Source of the DNA: the human T2T-CHM13v2.0 reference genome, Homo sapiens
Assembly (NCBI RefSeq): GCF_009914755.1
Contig: NC_060927.1
Length of the DNA: 64,000 nucleotides
Reading direction: 5' to 3' (one strand)
Shown: piece after piece, positions 1-13,200 of the stretch
Position numbering within the stretch: position 1 is the first letter of the stretch
Layout of the letters: every line of letters starts with the position of its first letter
Program-made: the position numbers and the translations under genes
The notes under the pieces: generated by a model
Seen by the model: the letters and a program-made list of their open reading frames with translations, nothing else
What the model was told of the DNA's origin: nothing
Databases searched by the model: none

Positions 1-132
1 ACCCACTGTCCAACCAGTCCCCACGAGACAAACCAGGTACCTCAGTTGGAAATGCAGAAATCACCCATCCTCTGCCTCTATCTCCCTGGGAGCTGTAGAC
101 TAGAGCTATTCCTATTCTGCCATCTTAGAATC
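1..132 (-). mobile_element. 5' end (5'UTR start) of an L1PA element (L1PA7/8-like) extending left out of the window
   Basis: Reverse complement matches the L1 5'UTR start (AAGATGGC.GAATAGGAA.AGCTC..GTCTACAGCTCCCAG...GGTGATTTCTGCATTTCCAACTGAGGTACC), including the YY1-site region. Confidence 0.9.
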
Positions 133-935
133 ACCCCTAAATTTTCTTAGATGGTGTTTGAGTGTCTTGAAAAGGAGTGTAGCTACTGTGACCTTAAGAC
201 AAAAGGGAAACCTGGGGAATCTTGGCTCTGACTTGGGCATTCTGTGCTCCTCTTTGGGTCCTGGCCAGCCACTGCTTCAATGATATTATATATCATCTGC
301 CTCATCACTGCATGCCCTGCTGGCATGTGTGGTCAGATGATATCTGCAGCTGGTGGGACTTGTGGCCTGGGCACTCTCTCAGCTTGGTCAGGGCCCAGCT
401 GCTCTTTTTGGCTGACTTGGCTTCACCTCTATTTTCTCTGGTTCTGCAACTCTCTGAGACCAGGCTGCAACTCTGAACCAGGTGGGCTACCTTGGCTTTC
501 TCATGGTTGCTCCTTCCAGCCTAATCTTTATCCAAATCCTGGTTGATTTCTACATCTTTTCTCAGAGTGTAAGAGAGCTTCAGGCTTCCTTCCAAACCAG
601 AGTGGAACCACAGCTGGTTTAGGAAAGCTAAACTTTCAGACTGTCCTTTTGCCTTTTGTCCTGTGCTGCTCAGTAGCTTTGATGTGGTCCTTCTCCAAGT
701 GGAGTAGAATGGGGTAGTCCAGGAGGCTGTATGCTTTCTTAGTCCTAAGTGGGAAGCTGGGTCCCTCCATCTTTGGTTTTCCTTTATACCTGAGTAATAC
801 TTTCTTCTTCAGACAGAAAAGAAGTGAAATCAGAGTACAAACATAAGCTCCCCTCCTCCCTTTTCTCCTCTTTCCATAATTCCCTGACTGTTTTTGTTTA
901 ACTCTCCCTCTGCCTAGCTCCAACTTCTCCTCTGT

Positions 936-1925
936 CAGTGGCTCCTAATAATAGTTACACCATCCCTGGGGGAATTTTAGAAATGTGTTGGAGTGTTTGG
1001 GGGCTGGGGCATCATAATTATTGGAGAACTCCAGAAGCATTTAGTCAAGGGAAGTTGAATATCCTACAAAGTATGAAATTCCCATCCTGTAACACATATG
1101 TCCTATGTCTTCATGACCTTTAAATGTCCTTCTGGAAATTAGCACAAGTAAGAATTCTTTTTGAAACTATTTGAATCTATACTGTAACTCCTTTTCATAT
1201 ATAAACATATACATATATTAAATATATATTGACTTTTCCAAGAATGTAACCACCAAACAAATCAAGAGTATTACTTTATTTTGTTTTTAAATTTGCATGT
1301 CACTGATAGTAGAGCCACTCCTGGTATTTGAGTTGCCAATAAAACACACATGTGCTAGTGAGCATTTGTAGCTGTCACACTCCTGGTGATATTGCAACAT
1401 AGGTACACACATCTGCCAACCTCATTATATCTTTTAGTAGAATTGTACCTGAGCACTTACATACTACAATACATTTTACATGTATTTCCTTTTGTTTGTT
1501 TTTTTTTTCACTGCTAAGTCACTGATATTTATTAGCATCTTTCTCCTTCCCCTGGTTTTATGGTAAGACTTTTTATATTTATTTATTTATTTTCTACCTT
1601 AAGTGCTGGGATACATGTGCAGAATGTGCTGGTTTGTTACATAGGTATACATGTGCCATGGTGGTTTGCTGCACCTATCAACCTGTCATCTAGGTTTTAA
1701 GCCCTACATGCATTAGTATTTGTCCTAATGCTCTCCCTCCCCTTGCCCCCTACCCCCTGACAGGTCCTGGTGTGTGGTGCTCCCCTCCCTGTGTCCATGG
1801 GTTCTCATTGTTCAACCCCCACTTATGAGTGAGAACCTTTATCTTACTACTAGAGAACTGTTGCTTTTTTGAATTATGTTTGTAGATAGGTTATGTTTTC
1901 TATGAATTTCATTTCTATTTGCTAG
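936..1925. mobile_element. Old hAT-Charlie DNA element (MER20B-like), interrupted by an L1PA 3' end
   Basis: CAGTGG..C terminus and diverged internal similarity recalled from MER20B; boundaries approximate. Confidence 0.4.
1570..1837 (-). mobile_element. 5'-truncated L1PA 3' end (L1PA8-10-like)
   Basis: T-rich tail, then GGGATACATGTGCAGAATGTG...TGCACCTATCAACCTGTCATCTAGG...CCCACTTATGAGTGAGAAC, the reverse complement of the L1PA 3'UTR. Confidence 0.9.
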
Positions 1926-2721
1926 AAAAAAATGGACCTTTGGTCTGTCTGCTTCTCCTCTATGACCTCAGCATCATGGGTAAATCATAATATGTGGAAG
2001 GGGGCGATAAGCTTATTAAATGCAGGGGGGAGAGGGAGTTCTTTACCTAAGTATTAATATAAGATACTAAAAACATGAAAGATAATTCAAAACAGGATAA
2101 ATACAATTACAAAAAAGACATGTAGAAATAGTGCAATAAAATAAACCAAATGAAAAGAGCAAGCAATTTCCAATTAATTTTCTATTTAGTTTACATTTTT
2201 TATGATTCTTACTAATTCTAATTTAGGTTGTGATGAAACTGTTCTGCCACTACTCCACTGGTATCATTATAGATTAATAAAATTATTAGGGAAAGCAATT
2301 TAGCTATATAACCCACAGTCATTACAATGATCAAGTAATTCTTTCCTGAAAATGTAAGCTAAGCCAAGCAAAAGGGAAGAAATCAACCAAACCAGTGAAG
2401 GTGTTCATCACAGCGCAAAAGTAACCTAAATGGCAAAGAACAGGTGGAGATGCTAATAAATATAAAGCAATAGCAACATGGAAATGCACATAAAACTATA
2501 TTAGATACTACTAAAGTAGGTTTGTGACTGTTTGCTCACTCATTCATTCAAGTAGAATTTATTTAGTACATACCAGTGAGAAGCACTGTGTTAAGCGCTG
2601 AGAATATTTGTAGGAAAGGATAGGAAAAGAGAAAATAAAGTGTGGGTGGGTGAGGTTTCTTAAATTCAGAAAACATCTCTTTTAAAGTTAAACTATGAAT
2701 TTTTATTCTTTAAATTATTTC

Positions 2722-3062
2722 TTTTGCATAATCTCACTTATATGTGGGATCTAAAAAACCGAATACACAGAGAGTAGAAGTTACCAGAGCCTAATAGTAG
2801 CAGAGAGGTGGCGAAAACAGAGAAATATTCATCAAAGGGTATGAAGTTGCATTTATGTATTTTGAATAAATCTAGAACTCTAATGTACAGTGTGGTGACT
2901 ATAGTTAATAATACTGTATATTATACTAGAAATTTACTAAAAGTATTTTAGATGTTATATGCACAAAAAAGTTGCTGTGTGGGGAAACAGGTTAATCTGC
3001 TTACTGTAGTAATCATTTCACTGTGTATATGTACAGCAAAACATCATGTTGTACACATAACA
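2722..3062 (+). mobile_element. L1MA-type 3' end fragment
   Basis: ATCTCACTTATATGTGGGATCTAAAAA...GTGACTATAGTTAATAATACTGTAT...AACATCATGTTGTACAC, typical of L1MA 3'UTRs. Confidence 0.8.
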
Positions 3063-3109
3063 TCTTTAGCTCAGTGAAAACGTAAGTTCCAAAAGCAATA
3101 GCCTGCAAT

Positions 3110-3210
3110 TTCCTGTTCTGAGCTTTGCTGCCAACCACATGAGTTTCTCTGGGAAAGTCACTTCTCCCTCCTGAAGCTCAGTTTTTTCGACTGGAAAGTG
3201 GGAATTTTGA
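3110..3210 (+). mobile_element. MIR/MIR3 fragment
   Basis: GGGAAAGTCACTTCTCCCTCCTGAAGCTCAGTTTT resembles the MIR core. Confidence 0.55.
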
Positions 3211-3217
3211 CTTTCAG

Positions 3218-3241
3218 AATTCAAAGAGTTCATCGGGTTCA
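3218..3241 (+). promoter_or_regulatory. Candidate DR3 nuclear-receptor element (VDRE/PXR type)
   Basis: AATTCA-aag-AGTTCA-tcg-GGTTCA: a perfect RGKTCA-N3-RGKTCA (3227-3241) plus a third in-phase half-site; motif evidence only. Confidence 0.45.
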
Positions 3242-6200
3242 TTTTATTCTGGAAATTCATTAAATATTTATTTGGCTCTCTCAGTCATATCATAAACTCA
3301 TATCCATTTAATGACCAATACAGCTAGCATGGAAATGGTGAGGGGTTCTTTTCAAAACATTAGCAGTAATTTTGGTTCATGCCCTTTTACTCGTTCACAT
3401 ACTAACTTGTTATCTTGAATCACATAAGAATTTATCTTCCTCACCATGAAATGGAATGGGGCATTGAGATTGCACGCCAACATCTTGAGACCTTAAGAGC
3501 AGCAATCGGACTTACACTGCTTCCATCACTGCCATGGCATTTGCCTCATGGTTTTTTTGTTTTTTTTTTTTTTTGACAAGAACATTTCCCAGCTGAACAA
3601 TAACATATTTGGGTTAAACTAAACAGAATTCTGTGACTTTTCTGATAAACGTCAAGGGAAAAAACAGACAAATCTTTGCTACAGTATTTAGTTAATTGGT
3701 AACTTTGCACAAAGCAATTTTACCTTACAGGTTTTCCTTTGGGGAAAAATTTAAAGGAGGATCATGATTCAAGAAATACAAAACACATGTCAAGAACCCT
3801 TTGGTTTGAACCTCCAGATTGGCAAAGTATAAAGAATAGATGTTTGCCATTTGGAAAAAGGGGGTTTGGAAAAAAACAAACGTGGGTCTTTTGTTTCCAG
3901 AAATTTTGTTCATTTTTTTTCCATTTTATGAGCCATGCCTTCTCCAGAACAGTCCCACTCTTTTGTACTTTGCACAGTAGCTACAGCAGCTGTGTTAATT
4001 AGATAGATATGTCACTGCGCTGAGGCCTGTGCCTGCTGCCGCGTTGGCAGCCATGAGCCTCCACGCATGTCAGTATCCTGCTGCAGTCCCAGTCCCAGAC
4101 GAACAGAAAGGACAGGACAGAACTGCAAAGAGAAAAATAATAAACTAAGAACAGAGACTTAGCGCTCATCTGTGTCCATATTAAATATGCCATAAAATAT
4201 TTATGGGATTAAATATGAGCATACTTTTCTCCCCAGCGTTGGAATATTTGAATATAATTCTAAGAACCACGGGTAAAATCACCTAGAGTGGTGACAAGCT
4301 GGTTTTAAGTGCTAAACTATAAATTGTTTGATTCTGAACACTGTGCAGTACAGTTCATTGACTCAGGAAATAGGTATTGAATGTCTGTGTGTTCCTGCCA
4401 TGTACTAAGGCTGGAAATATGGAGGTGAATAAAATAGAACTTTAAAATTATACAGAACATGTTCAAGTAATAAATATGTCCAATGTAAATATGCAAAATA
4501 TGTGTTATTATATGTGTATAAGTATTCAATATTAGTCAAATTTCCAACTTCCGTCTCTTCTTCAAGAGAAAAATCAGTATCAGGCAGACATAGATTAAAG
4601 ATCTGGAAGATAAAAATTATTTTAGAAAACTAAAAAGTTCCACTTGTATGGTAAATTCTTGCTAGAGTTTTATTTTATCAGAATTAGTCTTAGCTGTTTG
4701 TTGATTACTTTGGGATTAATGTCCAAATGGGTTTTGTGGTTTTAGTTAAAGAAATATTAATAGTAGTTAATGTTGTGTCGCTGAAATTTAATTTGTCTTC
4801 TCTGGATTCTGCTTCCATAATGCTATTTTTTGTTCTAATTGATTCATAAAGATCATTAAACAAGAGAATAAAAACAATTTGTAGTTAATTTCTGGGAGAT
4901 TGCAGCGTGTGTGTTTTATGGTTCAAATAACAGATGTTATTTTGGAGAAGCTAAGCAGTACTGTAATTTCACTGGAAATCAGCATGGTGATTCACATCGC
5001 AGCCTTCCCCCTGTTAACTCCTGATTGCTGTGCGGTGAACTCCTACCCCTTTGCCGAAACAGCAGAAAAGCGAACCTCAACAGTTTTACCTCTCAGTGGG
5101 GTGCTATGCTTCAGCTGGGCCAAAGAAGCTAAGAATAGCCTATGAAAATCTCATAACCCAAGAACATTTAGATTTCAACGGTCGTCGTCATCTTTCCATT
5201 TTCAAAATTTGGATGCTCATTCAAAAAATACGGGTTTGAAAACAGTGTCTTTCTCTCAAAAAACAATCTAATTTAATCACTTCGCTTTTGGTGCTATAAC
5301 TCTTCTTAGCTTTCAGGAAGTTACTTGTCTAAATCTTTGACCAGTGAGTGGAGTATATATTCATAATATAAAAATCAGAAAACCTTGTTTATTAAGGAAG
5401 ATAAACTTAATCACCTGCTATTTCTTTGGGCTTCAATCTGTATTTCAAAATCAACATTGTTTTTTTTTTATTCCTTCTCCTCCACTTTTCATTAAAACAT
5501 TTCAAGGTAAAGACACAATTAAAGCATACAGAAAGGTCAACAGGATGGAATTCTAATGGGAAAGTAGTTTAGTGACTATTAAAAAGAGAGCAGCAAAGAA
5601 GAAAGCTCTTAAGAAGGAGAAATGGTGCAGTGTGGAAAATGATGACCCCAGAGGGGTTGGATGAAATCTTTATCTTAAATACACACTGCAAAGGGAGGTT
5701 AGAGAAAGAAAGAGATGGATCCTCTGATGCAAAACTGTTATATTATTCACTTGCCTTGGGGCAACATTAGAAATATATTCCATTTTTTAAGACAAGAGAC
5801 TTATATCCCTCCTGAGGGACTGTTCTACACCACTAATGGCCCGGTTTTAAGAGAAAAATATATGGGAAGATTATTTAGGTCTAAATCCTGGTGGAAAAAG
5901 ATGATTTTTCCAAATTTGACTCCACATACTTTTAAATGGGCAAGTTGAAAATAAGGTAATGGATTTGAGTTTTGGCAACACAGACCTCTTTCAGCCCCCT
6001 ATTTGAATGAACCCTCCTGTCCCCAAAACAGACACAAAGGTCTCAAATGTACTTGTGTGCATGTATGCACACACAATTACATATACACATACAAAAACCA
6101 AAACAAAATAACACCAACAAGAAAACATAAATCTTGGCTTCTCTTCTTTCAACATCAATTTTAAGACCTTTCATTCCATTTTTTTTTTTCCAGTTCTCAA

Positions 6201-7006
6201 CCTTAGTTGTAATTAGAACATTTTACAGTAAGTAACAGAGTGCTTGAGAAATTGTCTTTAGAATGAACACATGGTTGAAACGCTTGCTAGATGTAATTGT
6301 CTCATATAACACCCTTAACTAAGACATTTGAAATGTGATCCCATCTTGGGAGCACTGATGTCATGATGTCTCCCACAGTTACCATGCATTTATCTGTATA
6401 TTGTTGTATATGTAAATATGATTGATACGAATATACTTGTTGACCATTTGGGATAATTGAACTTAAAGTAAAAGCCATGCTTTGAGCTTAGGGGTTGTGA
6501 GTAGGTATGGATGTCTATTTTTAAATCAAGGTCAAGAATGCAATGTTTCTGGTTCATATTTTTAATCATGTTTTTAAAACTATAAAATACTTCAAATATA
6601 TTACAAAGTATTCAAAAAAATTTGACATGTTCTTTTCTACCAGACTTAATATTAATTTGAAAACATTAAAATTAATCCATGTAGAGTTGAAGATTTATCC
6701 AATCTCATTTCCTTCCCTTGCTCCCCAGATAAGTAAACATAACCCTAAAGTTGGGAAGTATACTTCTGGTTCGTGTGTTATATAAGGTAAAGTATAGATT
6801 ATAAAAAAAATAGTTTTGGTTCTTCTGTTTAAAAATTTTACCTTAATACTATCCCACTCTACCTTCCTTTACAACTTTATTTTCAAAAATTTAATATTAT
6901 GTATGCAATGATATCAAATTATTGTTAGACATAGGTCTAATTCATCAGATTACCTTATAGTGATCTGTTATGTGACATTACAACAATTTATCCATTCTCC
7001 TATTGA

Positions 7007-7336
<330 letters not shown>

Positions 7337-8014
7337 CACTTATTGTTTATTTTTATATAATTCTGCAGTGCTTTTCCTTGTACTTATTTCTTATATACGT
7401 GGTACTACCATGATAGTCAAAATGTTTAGCAATCTATGTGGCAGGAATGCGAGCCCATCAGAATGGGATATTGAATAACAACAGTGGATGTCAGCCATAA
7501 ACAATTGTCATAGCTATATCAGGTGTGTCAGCTAAGTAATAGCCCTGGGTGCTGGAGTCTTTCTCAGGTAAATACTTGAAAGTAGGAATTGTTGTTACGT
7601 AGGAAAAGGTGTACCTTCTTTTACCTTTACCTTTTAATATAAACTTCAAATTTGACAAGCATCCAACAAATCCCACATGGGATTTTGGTTTGGAACTGCA
7701 TTGAATTATGTATTAATTTAAGATAAAATTGACATCATTAAATAGTAAAGCAAAGTTTAAAATTTTGGCCTATAAAGGTCTTGGACATTTTTGTTAGGTT
7801 GATATCTAAATATTTCATGGCTCTTGTTGCTATTGTGAATGGAGTCATTTTAAAAATTACATTTTCTAATTAGCAGTTTCTACTACATAGGTATGTTACT
7901 GTTTTTATGTTGGTCTTGTAAACAGCAGCCTTCTTGAATTATTTATTCCAATAGTCTTCAATATTTTGTTTTGAATTTCCTAAATAGATAATTATCTGTT
8001 AAAAAGAAAATTAG

Positions 8015-8328
<314 letters not shown>

Positions 8329-9384
8329 AAAAAAATTAGCATTTTGGTCCTTCCTTTCCAATCTTACTCTTTTTAATTTTTCTTGTATTATTGCACTGTA
8401 GTAAACATAATGTTCAATAGAATATTGATCTTTCGGCATCCTTGTAGTTAGTTTTCCTGATTTTCAAGAAGATTTTATATTTCACAACAAGCACAGTTGT
8501 ATTACGGGTTTAGGAAATTGCCTACCACTAGTTTGATAAAAGTTTTAAAAATACATATAAGTAGCACATTTCATCATCAAATGCTTTTGCTGCATCTGCT
8601 GAGCCATATGGAGGGTGTTTTTTTTTTTTCCCTCCCTGCTCCCCTTAACCTCCTTTAATGTAATCTCTGATACCACGTGCTCAGCCATCTCTCCTCACCT
8701 GGCTTCAGCTGACACTTGGTACCAGTCTGTTCCCTATCTCCCCCTGCCCCCAGCATGAGGACCTCTTCACCCAGGGTGAGCTCCAGTACCCTGTGCCAAA
8801 CTGTGCAGAGGTGTACCTTCCTCCCCTGCTCAGGCTTTCTATATCATGCCACCCCTTGCCTGGGTAGTCTGTTTGGCTCTCCTTATACCAGGGCACTCCC
8901 CACGTGGGCCCTTGCAACTCCAGCAGGGCTCTGACACCCTGGTCTGGGTTACCTTGACTTGCTCCTCCATACCGCAAACCTAATGTGCATGCCTACTTTG
9001 CTCTGTCACATCATATATTTATATTGTTTGGAAGAAGTAGAATTAAGTTATTTTATAATAAGTAATCCTGCGTTTTGAGCTAAATATACTGGATTTTTAA
9101 AAATATTTAGGGTATTTTCTTCCTTGTTTATGAGTAAGTTTGACATATGTTTCTTTTCTGCCTATTCCTTACCTGGTTTTGACGTCATGATTATTATAAA
9201 AGTATAAAGTTAGTTGAGGTGCTTTCATCTTTCTGTCCTCTTAAACAGCTTATGTAAGATAGAGATCATCTATTAAGTAATAGAGGCTGATATTTTCTCT
9301 GATAAAACCAGAGAAAATTTGGTGGATGTTTCTCCTGTGACAGATTAAGAAAAAGCACTACTGATCTGTTTCATGGCTATAAAT

Positions 9385-9760
9385 TGTGTTAGTTTGCTAG
9401 GGCTGCCATACAAACTACCAGAGTCTGCATGGCTTAAATGGCAGAAAAGTGTTTTCTCACAATTCTGAATCTTGAAGTCCAAGGTCAAAATCCAGCAGGG
9501 ATGGTTTCTTCTGAAGTCTTTCTCCTTGGCTTATAGATGGCCATCTCCCCCCGTGTCTTCCCGTTTCCCTCTGTGTATCCTAATTTCCTCTTTTTATATG
9601 GACACCAGTCAGATCCATTAGCGATCACCCATATGACCTCATTTTACCTTCATTGTCCTTTTAAAGGCCCTGTCTCCAAATATAGTCACATTTTGAAGTA
9701 GCATTAGGGATTAGGACTTCAACATACAAATTTTGGGGGAACACAGTTCAACCAATTGCA
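9385..9760 (-). mobile_element. MaLR solo LTR (MLT1B/C-like)
   Basis: TG...CA termini, TTAGTTTGCTAGGGCTGCCATA...AGGACTTCAACATACAAATTTTGGGGGAACACAGTTCAACC; near 5-bp TSD TAAAT/TAGAT. Confidence 0.88.
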
Positions 9761-10264
9761 TAGATTTATTTGAGTTTTCTACTTTTTAAATTATTCTTTT
9801 TGTTAAATTTTTATTCACTTTTTAAATGAAAAATTTTGAGACATATTTAGTGAATTTACTTAAAGGAACATTAAATGTTACAGAAATAAAAAATATTAGA
9901 AATCTATATACAATAAAAAGTGAATATACGTTAGCCAACTCCATGGATATTTCCAGTTAAATATTCATACAAACACACATTCACTTTTTTCTTTATATAG
10001 GGAATACATATACAAACATGACATGATGATTCTGGTGAAAAAAATCAGAGATGCTAAAAATATTCTCAACTTTTAAAAATGGTGTAGAATATGTTTTGAC
10101 AACCTTTTACATAAATTATTCCTGATTTAATTCCATGTTTTTATCATGCCAGAAGCATAGTTTTAATTTTTCTAAACAAATTGACTTATTAATATGGCAT
10201 TTTGTAAACAGCGTGGACAAAATGTTTATTATTGATAATTGGCTATGGTTTAAATTTTCAAAGT

Positions 10265-13200
10265 CTTTTTTTTAATTTACAAATAACAATTGTACATATT
10301 TAGGGTACATAGTGCTGTTTCAATACATTCGTACATATGAATCACATTAGCATATTATCTGAAATATTGACTATGTTGGGAACATTCGATATTCTCCTTC
10401 TGGCTATTTGAAATTAAATATTATTAACTATAGTCTTCTTACAGTGGTATAGAATACTGGAATTTGTTCTATTTAGCTGTAATTTTATATCCTTGAACAA
10501 ATCTGTCCCTATCCTTCCCTTCCCCCAACCTTCTCAGTCTCTCAAATCCTCTGTTCTACTTTTTACATCTATGGTATCAAAATTTTTTAGCTTTTGCCTG
10601 AGAACATGTGGTATTTAACTCTCTGTTCCTGTTTTATTTCACTTAACATATGATCCTCCAGTTCCATTCATTTTGCCACAAAAGACAGGATTTCATTCTC
10701 TTTATGGCTGAATAGTATTCCATTGTGTATATATACCATGCTTTCTTTATCCATTAACCTGTTATTGGACACTAGGTTGATTCCGTATCTTGGCTATTGT
10801 GAATAGTGCTGCAGTAAACATGGGATTGCAGATGTGTCTTTGAAACAATGATTTTCTTTCCTTTGGATAAATTCCCAGTAGTGGAATTGCTGGGGCATAT
10901 GGTGGTTCTATTTGTAGTTTATTGAGGAACCTCCATATGGATCTCCATGGTGGCTGTACTAGTTTACATTCCCACCAATGGTGTGTAAGGCTTCTCTTTT
11001 ATCCACATCCTCACCAGCATTTGTTATTTTTTGTCTTTTTAATAATAGCCATTCTAACTAGGGTGAGATGATACCTCATTTTGGTTTTTGTTTTCATTTC
11101 TTTGATAATTCATGATGTTGGTCATTTTTCTATATATTTGTTGATCACTTGTTTGACTTATTTGAGAAATGTTTGTTCGGATTACGTGCCTATTTTTAAA
11201 AATTGGCTGTATTTTTCTTGTTGAGTTATCTGAATTCCTTGTATATTCTGGATATTAATCCCCTATCAGATGAGTAGTTTGCAAATATTTTCTCCCATTA
11301 GGTAGGTTGTCTTTTCATTCTGCTGATTGTTTCCTTTGCTGTATAGAAGCTTTTTGGATCGATGTAATTATATTTATTTTTGCTTTTTGTTGTCTGTGCT
11401 TTTCAGGTCTTACTCATAAAATCATTTCCCAGACTAATGTCCTGAAGTGTTTCCCCTATTTTTTCCTCTAATAGTTTTATTGTTTCGGGTACCACATGTA
11501 GGTATTTGGTCTATTGTGAGTTGATTTTGGGGTAGAGTGAGAGGGGGACATATGGTTTCATTCTGCATGTGGATATCCAGTTTTCCCAGCATCATTTATT
11601 GAGGAGACTGCTCTTTCCCCATTGTATGTTCTTTGTGTCCTTGTCAAAAATTAGTTGGCTATAAATGGATGGATTTGTACCTGGATTTTCTATTTTATTT
11701 CATTGTTGTATGTGTCAGTTTTCATGCCAGTACAATGCTATTTCAGTTACTACAGTGTTGTATAGTTTGAGGTCTGGTAGTGTGATACTTCCAGCTTTGT
11801 TGTTTTTGCTCAGGAATGTTTTGAATATTTGGACTCCTTTGTGGTTCCATAGAAATGTTAGGATATTTTTTCTATTTCTGTGAAGAATGTCATTGATGTT
11901 TTAAGAGGGGTTGCATTGAATTTGTAGATTGCTTTGAGTAGTATTGTCATTTCAAAAATACTGATTCTTCCAATTCATGAACGTGAGATGTTTTTCCATT
12001 TGTTTATATCCTCTTCAGTTTATTTCATCAGTGTTTTGTAGTTTTTTAAGTAAAGGTCCTTCACCTCCTTGGTTAAAGTTATTTCCAGGTGTTTTTTTTT
12101 TATAGCTTTTGTAAATGGGATTGCCTTTTTTATGTCTTTTTTTCAGCTAGTTTATTCATGTATAAAAACATTTATGATTTTTGTGTGTTCATTTTGCATT
12201 CTGCAACTTCATCAGTTCTAAGAGTTTTTGGTAGAGTCTTTAGGTTTTTCTATGTATAATATGTCATCTGCAAAGAATACTAATTTGGCTTCTTCCTTTC
12301 CAGTTTGGATGCCCTTCATTTCTTTGTCTTGCCAAATTTCTCTAGCTAGGACTTCCCGTACTGTGTAGAATAAAAGTGGTGAGAGTGGGCATTCTTACGT
12401 TGTTTCAGTTCTTAGAGGAAAATCTTTCAGCTTTTCCCCATTCAGTAAGATGGTAGCTGTGGGTTTGTCATATATGGGCTTTATCATATTCAAGCGCTTT
12501 CTTTCCATCCCTAATTTGTTAAGAGTTTCTATCATGAAGGGATGTTGAATTCTATCAAACTTTTTCTACATCTATTGAGATGATCGTATGGTTTTTGTAC
12601 TTTATTGATGTGATTAATGACATTAATTGACTTGTGTATGTTGAACCATCCTTGTATCCCTGGGATAAATCCTACTTGGTCACATTGCACTATATTTTTG
12701 ATGTGTTGTTGGATTTGGTTTGCTAGTGTTTTGTTAAGGATTTTTGCATGTATGTTTATCAGCATCTGGTTTGTAGTTTTCTTTATTGTTGTGCCTTCTT
12801 CTGGTTTTGGTGTCAAGGATATGCTGGCCTCATAGAATGAGTTAAGAAGAATTTCTTCCTCTCCAATATTTTGTAATAGTTTGAAAAGAATCTGTTATTA
12901 ATTGTTCTTTAAAAGTTCAGTAGAATTTAGAGGTGAAGCCATTGGTTCTGGACTTTTCTTTGTTGGAAGACTTTTTATTACTGATTCAATCCCATGCCTT
13001 GTTATTGGTCTGTTCAAGCTTCCATTTCTTTGTGGTTCAATCTTGGTACATTATATGTGTCCAGAAACTTATTTATTTCCTCTAGTTTTTCCAATTTAAT
13101 GGCCTATAGTTGTTTATAGTAATCTTGAATGATCCATTGTATTTCTATGGTATTCACTGTGATGTGTCCATTTTTTAATTTCTGATTTTGTTTGGTTCTT

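Noticed and set aside
8630-8990. GC-richer pyrimidine-skewed block
   Set aside because: Most likely an internal repetitive segment of the surrounding old L1M; almost no CpG, not an island
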